Positions 50,978 to 60,356 of a stretch of 64,000 bases of DNA are shown here, one piece after another. A program made the translations under genes and the position numbers. Source of the stretch: Candidatus Sericytochromatia bacterium. GTDB taxonomy: Bacteria > Cyanobacteriota > Sericytochromatia > UBA7694. The notes beneath the pieces are model-generated. The model was not told where the DNA came from, ran no database searches, and worked only from the letters and a program-made list of their open reading frames with translations. Position 1 is the stretch's first letter; the number at the start of each line of letters is the position of its first letter. The stretch lies in assembly GCA_964229355.1 (NCBI GenBank), contig CAXRDE010000023.1:195125-259124 (forward strand). Direction: 5' to 3'.

Positions 50978-52270
50978 ATGAGAAACTTGAGATCCTTACC
51001 CTGGAAACGTTGGGGAAGCCTTGCCCTGCTGAGCAGTCTGGCTCTGGGCAGTTGTCAGGGTTCACGCCCTTTAACGGTACCGGTGAACCGCAGTTTCTCT
51101 TCTCAAACCACCGTAGGACCTCAGGCACCTACCCCTCAGGCGATTCCTGGCGAAGTTGTGGTACGCTTGCGCTCAGGCGTCCCGCCAGAAGACTATGCCC
51201 AACGCCATGGTTTACGTTTTAAAGAAGCCCTGGGGCTTCACATGTACGTCTTTGAAAGTGAGGTTCCTGTGGCTTTAAGTCATTTAAGCCAGGACCCCAG
51301 TACCCACTGGGTGGAACCCAACTATACCCTGAGCTTGCCTCCCGTATCGGGTCGCGAAGCCGCCCCCCCGCAACCCCATATGCCGGTCCGCAGTACACTG
51401 CCCAACGATCCGCTACTGCCCGCCCAATATGGCTTTAGCATTACTGGTATGGAGCAAGTCTGGCGACAGCACCCCGGACGCCCTGAAGTGGTGGTGGCCG
51501 TGATCGACTCAGGGATTGACGGCAGCCATCCGGAGTTTCAGGGACAACTGGTGGAAGGGTTTGATTTCACCTTAAAAACACCCGCTCCCGGGGGGACTAT
51601 AGACGGCTATGGCCACGGCACCCATGTGGCGGGCGTGATCGGTGCTCTCAGCAATAACGGCCAGGGCATCGCGGGCCTGGCCCCGGGATGTAAGCTCATG
51701 CCTGTGCGCATTTTTAACAACTGGGGTCAATCGGAGTCCGGCCGCTCTGCCAAAGCCGTCATCTGGGCCGTGGATCAGGGCGCAAAAGTCATTAACGCCA
51801 GTTGGGGAAGCCCCATGCTGGGCGAGGCTTCTAAAGCCGCCTACGAATATGCCCTTGCAAAAGATGTGGTCTTTGTGGCGGCCGTGGGCAATGCGGGCAA
51901 TGAAGATCCCAAATATCCTGGCGCCGTTGCTGAGGCGATTGGCGTGGCCGCTACCAATGCCGACGATCGCTGGGGGAGTTTTTCGACCTTTGGAGAATGG
52001 GTAGATCTGGGCGCACCCGGTGCCGGCATCTTGTCGACTTACCCCTTAGCAAAAGGCAACGGCTACCGTATTATGGACGGCACCTCAATGGCTGCTCCTT
52101 TTGTGAGTGCTGCAGCCGCTTTACTGCGTTCCCAACACCCTGACTGGAGCGTGGCACAGGTACGACAACGCCTGGAATCCACCGCCAAAGACGTGATTAT
52201 GGCCGGTAAAGATAAGTACTCAGGGTACGGTCGTGTAGATATTGCAGCGGCTCTGAACAACGAAAGATAG
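50978..52270 (+). CDS. subtilisin-like serine protease (S8), lipoprotein
   Basis: Catalytic triad contexts VVVAVIDSGID, HGTHVAGVIGA and GTSMAAPFVSAAAALL. Lipobox LALGSC. The start is moved to the Met that has an AGGAA SD; the track start at 50933 overlaps the previous gene. Confidence 0.85.
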   Translation: MRNLRSLPWKRWGSLALLSSLALGSCQGSRPLTVPVNRSFSSQTTVGPQAPTPQAIPGEVVVRLRSGVPPEDYAQRHGLRFKEALGLHMYVFESEVPVALSHLSQDPSTHWVEPNYTLSLPPVSGREAAPPQPHMPVRSTLPNDPLLPAQYGFSITGMEQVWRQHPGRPEVVVAVIDSGIDGSHPEFQGQLVEGFDFTLKTPAPGGTIDGYGHGTHVAGVIGALSNNGQGIAGLAPGCKLMPVRIFNNWGQSESGRSAKAVIWAVDQGAKVINASWGSPMLGEASKAAYEYALAKDVVFVAAVGNAGNEDPKYPGAVAEAIGVAATNADDRWGSFSTFGEWVDLGAPGAGILSTYPLAKGNGYRIMDGTSMAAPFVSAAAALLRSQHPDWSVAQVRQRLESTAKDVIMAGKDKYSGYGRVDIAAALNNER

Positions 52271-52278
52271 GTTCTGGT

Positions 52279-55200
52279 ATGATTTTTAATCTTTTATGGG
52301 TAAGTTCAGCCCCTCAGGATACCGCTGCCCTTGAGCTAATCACGGGCCTCTCTCAGGTTTTAACCCATGAAATCGCCCTGACCCGTGTGGCCTACGATGA
52401 GCGTAAAGGCCTCTTACCCTTTTACCAACAGGCACAAAAGTTAAGCCAGTCTGGCCCCTGTCTCTTACTCTTTGAAGGCGAGTCCCTTGAAAACACAGAT
52501 CTTTTAAAAAACCACCTGGATCAGGGTTTTACACCCATGGTCTATGCGCAAATCTACCACCCTGAACACATCGAATTGGCCCCACGGCTCTTTTTTAACA
52601 GTGAAGCCTTCCTTGAAGGATGCCGGTTTGTCAGCGATACCGTCCCACCCCCTGAGCACGTGCCATTATCTCTACAGGCAGAAGCCCACTGTGTTTATAC
52701 CCGACACTTTGCTCCCCACCAGAGCGAAGCAGCCCAGCAGAGCAACACCGATGATTATCGTTTTTGGAAAGCCTACCAGGACTTTAAAGCCATGCGCGAC
52801 CAGGAAGCGCTTTCGGGCTTTAAAGCGCTATTGACCTCTCCCCAAAGCTATTGGCGCCATAGCGCACAGGTTATGTACTTAAAAACCCTCTGGGAGACCC
52901 ATGAATACCAGCATTGCTTTGAAGAGCTGGAGCGCTTGCGGCAACAGCACGAAGCCCTCGAAAATTTTCCAGCCCTGTGGATTTTAAGGGCTGTTATTGC
53001 CCAACAGTTTCAAGCCATAGATACGGCCTTTGAATGCTTTAATATGGTAGAAACCCTGACAGAGCGAGGGCATTTTCCCTTAAAGCATTTCTTTTTAGAA
53101 CGGGCTGATATCACCTGGAAACCCCTTTTAGGCATCGCAGAGCTGGCCCTCAAAGAAGGTCTTTACCCCAAAGCCGCACAAGCCTTCAAGCAGGCTGCCA
53201 CATACCTGCCTGAACACGACTATGTGCTGAGCGGCTGGCTACAGAGTGCCTTTTTAACCCGCCGTTATAACGAAGTCATGCAGATCCTGGCAAAAGACAC
53301 GCCTTTGCGGGGCATTTCAGATCTGGCCCGTGAAAGTCTCGAAGCCATGCATCAGATTAAAGAAGCGCCGCAGCAAGAAAACACCTGGAAAAAGCTCGCT
53401 GATCTTGTGGAAAAAGAGCATACGGATCCCTTTGTGCTTTCCATTTGGATTGAGGTGGCGGTTTTGTGCCTGCAGCACCAGCACGTGGCACTGGCCCGCC
53501 AATTTTTGTTTCACATTCTGAAGTATCAGCCCCAGGAAGTCATGCTCTGGCACAATCTGGCCTATACGTACTTCGCAGAGCAAGACTATGCCCATGCCGA
53601 AAAATACTACCGCCAGGCCTTAAGTGTGGCCCCTCATTACCCCAACAGTCAATTTGACCTGGCCAAAACCCTGGTGATGCAACAGCAGCATGCAGAGGCG
53701 ATTCAGGTCTTACGCCAACTGCTCAAAGAACACCCCCGCTTTCAAGAGGCCCGCAAAGCCCTGCAAGAGCTTGAGGCCCTTGAAGCTTTTGAAGCCCAGG
53801 CCTTTTTGCCCGATCATCAAGGGCAATCCAAAGGCCTGAGTCTGGAAGACGCCCCCTTTGTCTTCGCCTTTCCGGGCTTACCCACCTGGCACCATGGCGT
53901 TGATCTCTTACTGAAAGCCTATTACGAAGAATTTAGTCCAGCAGACCGGGTGGTCCTCGCAATCCCGTTGACAGAGGAACAGTCCACAGACACCCTCAAT
54001 GCGGCACGAGAATGGGCTCTGAGCCATCTTGAAGAAGATTTTTTACCGCCCGTGGTTTTGCTAACAGAAGCTTTGCCTTTGATTCCCGATCTCGCCTGTT
54101 GGGTGTTTCCCTGGCGGGTTTCTCCATCCGCTGCCTTTATAACCGCTTTAGAAAAACAAAAATACGCCTGTATCACCCCCCAGCCCCTGGGAGATTTAAA
54201 GACCTTTGGAGAGGTGGATCCCGCCACCCATCAGGCCTGGCAGTCCGTCAGCGTTGAAGAACTCAAACAACAATTGCGCTTACACCTGACCCAGGCGCGG
54301 GCACAACAGGGATCACGTACAGAGCCCATCACCCAAATGGCTTCTACCCATGACTTCTTATCTCTGGCTTCAACAACTTCCCCTTTAAATACCCTCCCAA
54401 CAGGCGAGTCACCTGCCGCTGAAAGCCCACAACACCTTGAGGACCTGCTTGCACAAACCCCCTCCCTCGGGGTTTGCATGATCGTTAAGGACGAGGCGCA
54501 GGTCCTTCAAAAAGCCCTGGATAGCGTGCGCCAGGAAGCCCAGGAAATCATTGTGATAGACACAGGATCTACCGATGGCACCCTGGAGATACTCGCCCAA
54601 TACGCTGAGGTAAAAGTACACCCCTTCACGTGGTGCGATGACTTTGCGGCCGCCCGCAACGCTGCTTTTGAAAAAGCCAGCACCGATTGGGTATTATTTC
54701 TCGATGCCGATGAGTACGTAGAACCCGGCTTTATTTCGCGTCTGCGTCTGACCTTAAACCAGCATACTGCTGACGCTTATTGCTTTAGGGTCGTGGCCGT
54801 GCTCCCCGACGGTCGTATTGACCCCCAACACTCCCTGGGCGGGGTGCCCCGCTTGTTTCCCAACCAACCGGAGTACCGTTTTGAAGGGCGTATTCACGAA
54901 GTGGTTTACCACCAACAGAAAGCGGCGCTTCAATACATTTACCCCAAGGATCTACCCATTTACCACACAGGTTACCGCCCCGAAGTCATTGCCGCCAAAA
55001 ACAAGCAGCAACGCGACCGGGCCTTAATGGAACAGGCCATTCAAGAGAAGCCCACCGCCCGCAGCAGCAAACGCCTATACGGCATCTTAGCCAAAGACTT
55101 CTGGAACACTAACGAAAAAGACAAAGCCTTTCATTATCTCGCACAGGGGCTTGAACAAAGTCATGATGACACCCGTGTCCAGGAACAATTGTTTTATCAG

Positions 55201-55581
55201 CAGCAGCAGTGGCGTCTGGCGGAAGGTCAGATTGAGACGGTACTGAATACGCTTGAGTCTCACAATAACACAAGCTCGCGCTTTCTTTTGCTCTGGGGAC
55301 AGGTGCTGGCTCACCAACACCACTGGCGCGAAGCCTATGACAAACTCAAAGCAGCACTACACCAGTGGGATCATGAGCGAAGCCAGCCCGACCCGCTGGA
55401 CCTGCGTCCTGCCCTTGAAGACCTTTTGAGCCTCTTGATTGACGTATGCCAGGCCCTTGAAAAGCCCGAGGAAAGCTTCACCTATTTAAGCCGCTATCTG
55501 AAACAGGTAGAAACACCTGAAGCCAAATTTTGGAAACGCTACCAACAATTGCGACAACAGATGGCTCCCTTGCAATTTTAA
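52279..55581 (+). CDS. 1100-aa multidomain TPR-repeat / family-2 glycosyltransferase protein
   Basis: TPR-like helical repeats span roughly aa 160-520 and aa 960-1100. The GT2 domain is LGVCMIVKDEAQVLQKALDSV...EIIVIDTGSTDGTLEIL...CDDFAAARNAAFEKASTDWVLFLDADEYVEP. An unassigned segment lies between them. Confidence 0.65.
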   Translation: MIFNLLWVSSAPQDTAALELITGLSQVLTHEIALTRVAYDERKGLLPFYQQAQKLSQSGPCLLLFEGESLENTDLLKNHLDQGFTPMVYAQIYHPEHIELAPRLFFNSEAFLEGCRFVSDTVPPPEHVPLSLQAEAHCVYTRHFAPHQSEAAQQSNTDDYRFWKAYQDFKAMRDQEALSGFKALLTSPQSYWRHSAQVMYLKTLWETHEYQHCFEELERLRQQHEALENFPALWILRAVIAQQFQAIDTAFECFNMVETLTERGHFPLKHFFLERADITWKPLLGIAELALKEGLYPKAAQAFKQAATYLPEHDYVLSGWLQSAFLTRRYNEVMQILAKDTPLRGISDLARESLEAMHQIKEAPQQENTWKKLADLVEKEHTDPFVLSIWIEVAVLCLQHQHVALARQFLFHILKYQPQEVMLWHNLAYTYFAEQDYAHAEKYYRQALSVAPHYPNSQFDLAKTLVMQQQHAEAIQVLRQLLKEHPRFQEARKALQELEALEAFEAQAFLPDHQGQSKGLSLEDAPFVFAFPGLPTWHHGVDLLLKAYYEEFSPADRVVLAIPLTEEQSTDTLNAAREWALSHLEEDFLPPVVLLTEALPLIPDLACWVFPWRVSPSAAFITALEKQKYACITPQPLGDLKTFGEVDPATHQAWQSVSVEELKQQLRLHLTQARAQQGSRTEPITQMASTHDFLSLASTTSPLNTLPTGESPAAESPQHLEDLLAQTPSLGVCMIVKDEAQVLQKALDSVRQEAQEIIVIDTGSTDGTLEILAQYAEVKVHPFTWCDDFAAARNAAFEKASTDWVLFLDADEYVEPGFISRLRLTLNQHTADAYCFRVVAVLPDGRIDPQHSLGGVPRLFPNQPEYRFEGRIHEVVYHQQKAALQYIYPKDLPIYHTGYRPEVIAAKNKQQRDRALMEQAIQEKPTARSSKRLYGILAKDFWNTNEKDKAFHYLAQGLEQSHDDTRVQEQLFYQQQQWRLAEGQIETVLNTLESHNNTSSRFLLLWGQVLAHQHHWREAYDKLKAALHQWDHERSQPDPLDLRPALEDLLSLLIDVCQALEKPEESFTYLSRYLKQVETPEAKFWKRYQQLRQQMAPLQF

Positions 55582-55623
55582 GCGCCGCCTTTTAAAATAA
55601 AGGACATAAGGAGCGCACGCACC

Positions 55624-56139
55624 ATGATGATTCGTCCTACCACGCCCGGAATGAATACGGCCCCATTACAGGGTCCCCAACGCACGGAAGCCAAAGCCCC
55701 GCCCCCCAAAACCGAGGCTCCTGCTGCCAAAGAGCAAACGGAAGTTATTGCCCGAGACGAAGACAAGACCCAAAAATTTGGGGAACGGGATATGGACGTT
55801 AACGCCTTCCCCTTCGATATGGAGGCCGTGGAAGAAACCGAAGAGCCCGCAGACATTGAAGAGGTGGAATCCCTCGAAGAGGCCGGTGAAACCGAAGAAG
55901 CGGAAGAGCTAGAAGAAACCGAAGAAGCGGAAGAGCCCGAAGAAGCCGATGAGATCGAAAGCGATAATGAGGTTTCCGAAGAGGAAGAAGAAGGTGGCGT
56001 TGGAGACTTTGACGAAGAAGAAGGCGGGGTTGAGTTTGAACAAGCCCAAATCAACGTGCAGGCCCTTCTGGACTTGATCCCTGAGATGCGTGACTTGCCA
56101 CGATTCCGCCTGGAAGAAACCTGGGCGCTCTACCAATAA
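55624..56139 (+). CDS. hypothetical hyper-acidic protein
   Basis: 171 aa. The central ~90 aa is almost entirely E/D/A/T, for example ETEEAEELEETEEAEEPEEADEIESDNEVSEEEEE. An AAGGAG SD is present. Its stop is 4 nt from the stop of the convergent ABC permease. Confidence 0.45.
   Translation: MMIRPTTPGMNTAPLQGPQRTEAKAPPPKTEAPAAKEQTEVIARDEDKTQKFGERDMDVNAFPFDMEAVEETEEPADIEEVESLEEAGETEEAEELEETEEAEEPEEADEIESDNEVSEEEEEGGVGDFDEEEGGVEFEQAQINVQALLDLIPEMRDLPRFRLEETWALYQ
55888..55941 (+). repeat. tandem 27-bp direct repeat (2 copies, 25/27 identical) inside the acidic-protein gene
   Basis: GAAACCGAAGAAGCGGAAGAGCTAGAA followed by GAAACCGAAGAAGCGGAAGAGCCCGAA. These encode ETEEAEELE and ETEEAEEPE. Confidence 0.6.
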
Positions 56140-56143
56140 ACGC

Positions 56144-56929
56144 TTAAGAAGAGGCCGATTCATAGGCCCGCAAACCGCGTCGCCAAAGCCAGGCGATCAA
56201 AACCCATGAGAGGCCCAGGGCCACCGCAAAATGTAGCAAACGGTATCCCTGGCCTACGGGATCCATCAAAAAATGCACCGGCGCGCTCCCAATTAAAAGC
56301 ACGGGCAGGGCAAAGCCAAAGAGATAACGAGCGGTGCCCTGATAAACCACATCAGGCCAGCGCGAGACCTGCTGCAGCTGCATGCGTAAAAAGTTTACCC
56401 CCATCGACTCCACCGTATAAAACATGGACATGCTGAGCAAAATTTCAATCGAAGTCATCAGCGTCAATCCCGCCAGGACCAACAGGGGCAAAACCAGCCA
56501 TTGCCACCATACCAGACCGATCTGTTGACCAAAGTACACCAAATAAGCCCAGGGAAAAAAACCATTGAGCAAGGTGCCCGGCCGGATGGTGCGAAAAAAC
56601 ACCACAAACAGACTATTGGCAGGCTTTAACAAAATATAATCCAGTTGACCCATACGAAGATCATAAGAAAAATTCCAGAAGTTCTCGCTAATAAAAGTCA
56701 TATGCAGATGTTGAACCGCCAACATAAAAGCCATAAAGAACATGAAGTCTGCACGATTCCAGGGACCGATAGTATCCAAATGCAAGAATAAAAACTCCAC
56801 CGTTCCCATCACGCTCACATAAAAGAGCAGATCCATAATTACCAAAAGCACAAAGTGCAGACGATAACTCATGGCCTCTGCAAAACAGTTTTTCACAAAT
56901 TCGGTGTAAATCTGCCAATGATGTTTCAT
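56144..56929 (-). CDS. ABC-2 type transporter permease
   Basis: Six predicted TM helices. The start is moved to the internal ATG (MKHHWQIY), which overlaps the upstream permease stop as ATGA; the track start is 57004. Confidence 0.6.
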   Translation of the reverse strand: MKHHWQIYTEFVKNCFAEAMSYRLHFVLLVIMDLLFYVSVMGTVEFLFLHLDTIGPWNRADFMFFMAFMLAVQHLHMTFISENFWNFSYDLRMGQLDYILLKPANSLFVVFFRTIRPGTLLNGFFPWAYLVYFGQQIGLVWWQWLVLPLLVLAGLTLMTSIEILLSMSMFYTVESMGVNFLRMQLQQVSRWPDVVYQGTARYLFGFALPVLLIGSAPVHFLMDPVGQGYRLLHFAVALGLSWVLIAWLWRRGLRAYESASS

Positions 56930-57738
56930 ATGCCGGCCGCCGTGTAATTGCCAATGCCCTTTTGCCACAGTAAACGGCCCACCCAAAGCAAGACCAGCGT
57001 CCAAAAGCCCAGCATGCCATACGCCGTGAGCAAACTGCCGTCGTAAGCACCCATGAACAACTTCACCGGTACATGGGTTAAGTAGGGAAAGGGCAAAAAT
57101 GACAAGACCCGTTGTAAAGCCTCAGGAAAAATTTCCAGGGGTAGCAAAGCCCCCGAGAAAAATTGACTGATGGTTACCATCATCACCCGAATCACCCAGG
57201 TTTCCTCAAGCCAAAAAGCCATAATCCCAATGATATAACTCATTTGAAACCAGAAAAAGCCCACACACAAGGTATAGAGAAAACCCGAAAAAATAGCAAG
57301 GGCTGCCCCGGGTGAGTCCAGGGGCACCCAGCCCTGAATAACGACCGCAATAAGGGTCAACACCGAAACCAGGACTTGAATCCCTTGAAAAGCCAAAAAA
57401 TTGCCCGCGTGAAAGCGCCAAAAGCTAAAGGGGTAAATTAAGTAGGCTGAAATACGCCCCAAACGAATATCTTCAGCCAAATTTCGACCATTATATCCCT
57501 GTCCCAGAAAGCCAATGATCATTACCCACACCTGATAGGTCAGCATGGTGGGGAAATCATAACCCTGAAGCGTGGTAATGCCTTCAAGGGTGTAAATGGA
57601 TTTCCAGAGATTATAGCGAATGAAAAAAAACACCACCACCGGGCCAATAATCAGCAGTAAGAAATTCAATTTATAAGCCAAATACTGGGTCCAGCTGACC
57701 CGAAAGGTGGCCCACCACTTGCCCAGTTCGGCCCTCAT
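56926..57738 (-). CDS. ABC-2 type transporter permease
   Basis: 270 aa, polytopic. Its ATG overlaps the ATPase stop as ATGA. Confidence 0.6.
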   Translation of the reverse strand: MRAELGKWWATFRVSWTQYLAYKLNFLLLIIGPVVVFFFIRYNLWKSIYTLEGITTLQGYDFPTMLTYQVWVMIIGFLGQGYNGRNLAEDIRLGRISAYLIYPFSFWRFHAGNFLAFQGIQVLVSVLTLIAVVIQGWVPLDSPGAALAIFSGFLYTLCVGFFWFQMSYIIGIMAFWLEETWVIRVMMVTISQFFSGALLPLEIFPEALQRVLSFLPFPYLTHVPVKLFMGAYDGSLLTAYGMLGFWTLVLLWVGRLLWQKGIGNYTAAGI

Positions 57739-58763
57739 GGGTTCATCAACTCAGGGTTGCTCAATAGCTCGTTCATGACCCGTTCAATGGGCAGTTTTTC
57801 GGTACTAAAACCACTGACAGGATAATGCTGCAGCAAAAAAATTGCCTGGTCTCTTAGGCTGGCTTCAGGCATACGTAACTCCACCTGATTGCGCCTGGCG
57901 TTCCATACTGGATTTAAAGCCTGCCAAAAGTTGCTGTGGACCATCTCCTCTTGCGAAGATACCGAGCGTTCAAAGTCAACGCTTACGAATTTTTGTTGTC
58001 CCAGAATTTGCTCAAAGGCCTGAATGCCGTCGTCAAAACGTTTTTTGCCCCCCAAAATGAGCACAATGCGTTCACACAACGCCGCCACATCGGCCATATA
58101 ATGAGAGGTTAAAATGACCGTGGTCTGATGTTCCCGCTGCCAGCGTAAAATAAACTCGCGGATGGCTTTCTGAGCCACCACATCTAAACCAATGGTGGGC
58201 TCATCCAAAAAAAGCACTTCGGGCTGATGCATCAAACTGGCCATCAATTCCATTTTCATGCGTTCTCCCAGCGACAGCTTGCGCACATGCACCTGAAGCA
58301 GGCGCTTAACGTCTAAGAGTTCCGCCAGCGCATACAGACGTTCTTGAAAAACGCCATCTTCTACTTCGTAGTACTTTTGTAAGAGCAAAAATGAATCCAT
58401 GGCCGGAATATCCCACCAAAGTTGGGACTTTTGCCCCATGACCAGGGCGATTTTTCGACGAAAGAGCATATGGCGTTCATGAGGCGTATACCCCGCAATG
58501 CGCAAAGTGCCTCGCGAGGGTACAATAATACCGGTGAACATTTTCATGAGGGTGGTTTTACCGGCACCATTGGGGCCCAATAAACCAACAATTTCACCTT
58601 TATGAATGCGTAAGTCAAAGGCGTCTACAGCGGCTTTACGCTCATGCTGACGCTGAAAAAAAGCCTGCAGCGAGCCTTTGAAGCCTGGCGCCTTATGATA
58701 AATTAAAAAATCTTTGCCGAGCCCCTGGCTCTCGATCATCAACGGTAAATCAGAATGTGACAT
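57735..58763 (-). CDS. ABC transporter ATP-binding protein
   Basis: Walker A motif GPNGAGKTT, the Q-loop, the signature LSLGERMK, Walker B LFLDEPT and the H-loop TSHYM. The start is taken at the internal Met (MSHSDL) to avoid overlapping the upstream phosphatase; the track start is 58835. There is no clear SD either way. Confidence 0.8.
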   Translation of the reverse strand: MSHSDLPLMIESQGLGKDFLIYHKAPGFKGSLQAFFQRQHERKAAVDAFDLRIHKGEIVGLLGPNGAGKTTLMKMFTGIIVPSRGTLRIAGYTPHERHMLFRRKIALVMGQKSQLWWDIPAMDSFLLLQKYYEVEDGVFQERLYALAELLDVKRLLQVHVRKLSLGERMKMELMASLMHQPEVLFLDEPTIGLDVVAQKAIREFILRWQREHQTTVILTSHYMADVAALCERIVLILGGKKRFDDGIQAFEQILGQQKFVSVDFERSVSSQEEMVHSNFWQALNPVWNARRNQVELRMPEASLRDQAIFLLQHYPVSGFSTEKLPIERVMNELLSNPELMNP

Positions 58764-58779
58764 GGGCGAATTATAGCAC

Positions 58780-59454
58780 TCAGAAGCAATAAATCTGTTG
58801 ATAAACCTGCGCCGCGGAGACCTGAAATAACTCATCGGTTTCTATGAGATAGCCCGTCAGCTTTTTACCATAGACACACCCCGTGTCCAGACCAATAATA
58901 TATGGACGATCGTGCTTGCGCGTATACACCAATCCACCCCGGGCGTCATGGCCAAAGATAACGCCTTTTTCTCCGGTATAAAGTTCGTGCCAGTGGGGAG
59001 CACTCAATTTGCCAATGGGCCAGTGGCGCATCAGCAAGGCCATTTCTTCGGTGGTATCCGCCAGAGAACCATTGGGATTTAAACCCGCGTGCACAATAAT
59101 AAAGCCCTGTTCTTCGCGGTGCAAAGGAAGCGCTCGCAGCCAATCTTCCCAACCGGGTGCTTTTTGCGCCATGATATCGAGCACTTTGCGGTGCTTGGGC
59201 TTGGGGCGCACCTCCCCATCGAGAATTTTCAAAAGCCAGGCATCGTGATTGCCCATGACCGCCTGAATATCGTACGTTTGGATCAGCTCCCAAACCCCTG
59301 CCGGGTCAGGGCCTTTGGTAAATAAATCTCCCACAAGTATAATGCGTGTCGGTTGCATATTGCGAATCAGACGGGCCAATTCACGGGCGCAGCCATGGAC
59401 GTCCCCAATGACGGCGGTTCGTTGTTGTGTTTCTGCATTCATATTCTGTATCAT
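58780..59454 (-). CDS. metallophosphoesterase (ApaH / PrpE-like, bis(5'-nucleosyl)-tetraphosphatase-type)
   Basis: Motifs GDVHG, GDLFTKGPD and GNHD in the canonical order. 224 aa. Confidence 0.75.
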   Translation of the reverse strand: MIQNMNAETQQRTAVIGDVHGCARELARLIRNMQPTRIILVGDLFTKGPDPAGVWELIQTYDIQAVMGNHDAWLLKILDGEVRPKPKHRKVLDIMAQKAPGWEDWLRALPLHREEQGFIIVHAGLNPNGSLADTTEEMALLMRHWPIGKLSAPHWHELYTGEKGVIFGHDARGGLVYTRKHDRPYIIGLDTGCVYGKKLTGYLIETDELFQVSAAQVYQQIYCF

Positions 59455-60356
59455 ACCTGATGTTGGGGTTCATAAGCGCAGAGATGCGTCACAAGCGCGT
59501 CAAGGGTGTGAGGATTCGCTTCACAGCTGACGGCGCCCAGATGTGCACGAATGGCCGCTGAGGTCACAGGTCCAATGCTGTGATACTGCGTTTGTTTTGC
59601 AAGTTCTTGTTGTAGCAAGGGTGTCAAACAATCTGCAAAATGCTGCACACTCGAAGGACTTGTAAAAATAATCCCTGAGGGCAGAGAAGGCTGTAAGAGC
59701 TGTTCAAGGGCCTGGGTATTGCAGCTGGCAGGCTTAACGGTCTCGTATACCCGATGGGTAGATACCGCATAACCCGCTTGCTGAAGCATCTGTTGCAAGG
59801 TGTGCCGCCCCGCTTTCGCCTGCCAAACCTGAACGGTGTCTCCGGGATTTAAACGTGCCTTAAGCCCTTCCGCTAGCGCCTCTGCGTGATGTGTGGCGGG
59901 AATCCACTGGGTTGACACTCCATAATGGGCCAGACGAGATGCCGTTTGCGGCCCCACGCAGGCAATAGGGAAGGAACGTTCAGGAGCACACAATGCCGTT
60001 TGCTCAGCAACGCTCAACTGTTGCCAAAGGGCGTCGACTCCATTGGCGCTGTTAAACACCCACCACTGTGCAGGCAAACGCTCCTTTAACGAAGCCGTTA
60101 CCAGGGCTTGCCCTTCGGCAGACAGGGGTAAAAAGCGTATTTCGAGGGTCGGAAACACCAGGACCTGGGCCCCGGAATCAGACAATTGTTGCGCGAGACG
60201 TTTCACCTGATGCAAGGCACGGGTCAGCAAATAGGTTTTGCCGGCCAAAGGCAAGGCAGAGGGGGGGTTATTCACTGGTAACCCAGGCCTCAGAACGCTC
60301 AAGAGATTCCGCCTGATAAGCCTGAATAGCTCCGGTATTGCCGTCGAGTCGTACAA
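59451..60356 (-). CDS. uroporphyrinogen-III synthase (HemD)-like protein
   Basis: LAGKTYLLTRA...GAQVLVFPTLEI...WWVFNSANGV and a second half-domain, consistent with the HEM4 fold. The track start is a TTG that overlaps the upstream gene by 89 nt, so the true start is probably further downstream. Confidence 0.5.
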   Translation of the reverse strand: MYDSTAIPELFRLIRRNLLSVLRPGLPVNNPPSALPLAGKTYLLTRALHQVKRLAQQLSDSGAQVLVFPTLEIRFLPLSAEGQALVTASLKERLPAQWWVFNSANGVDALWQQLSVAEQTALCAPERSFPIACVGPQTASRLAHYGVSTQWIPATHHAEALAEGLKARLNPGDTVQVWQAKAGRHTLQQMLQQAGYAVSTHRVYETVKPASCNTQALEQLLQPSLPSGIIFTSPSSVQHFADCLTPLLQQELAKQTQYHSIGPVTSAAIRAHLGAVSCEANPHTLDALVTHLCAYEPQHQV

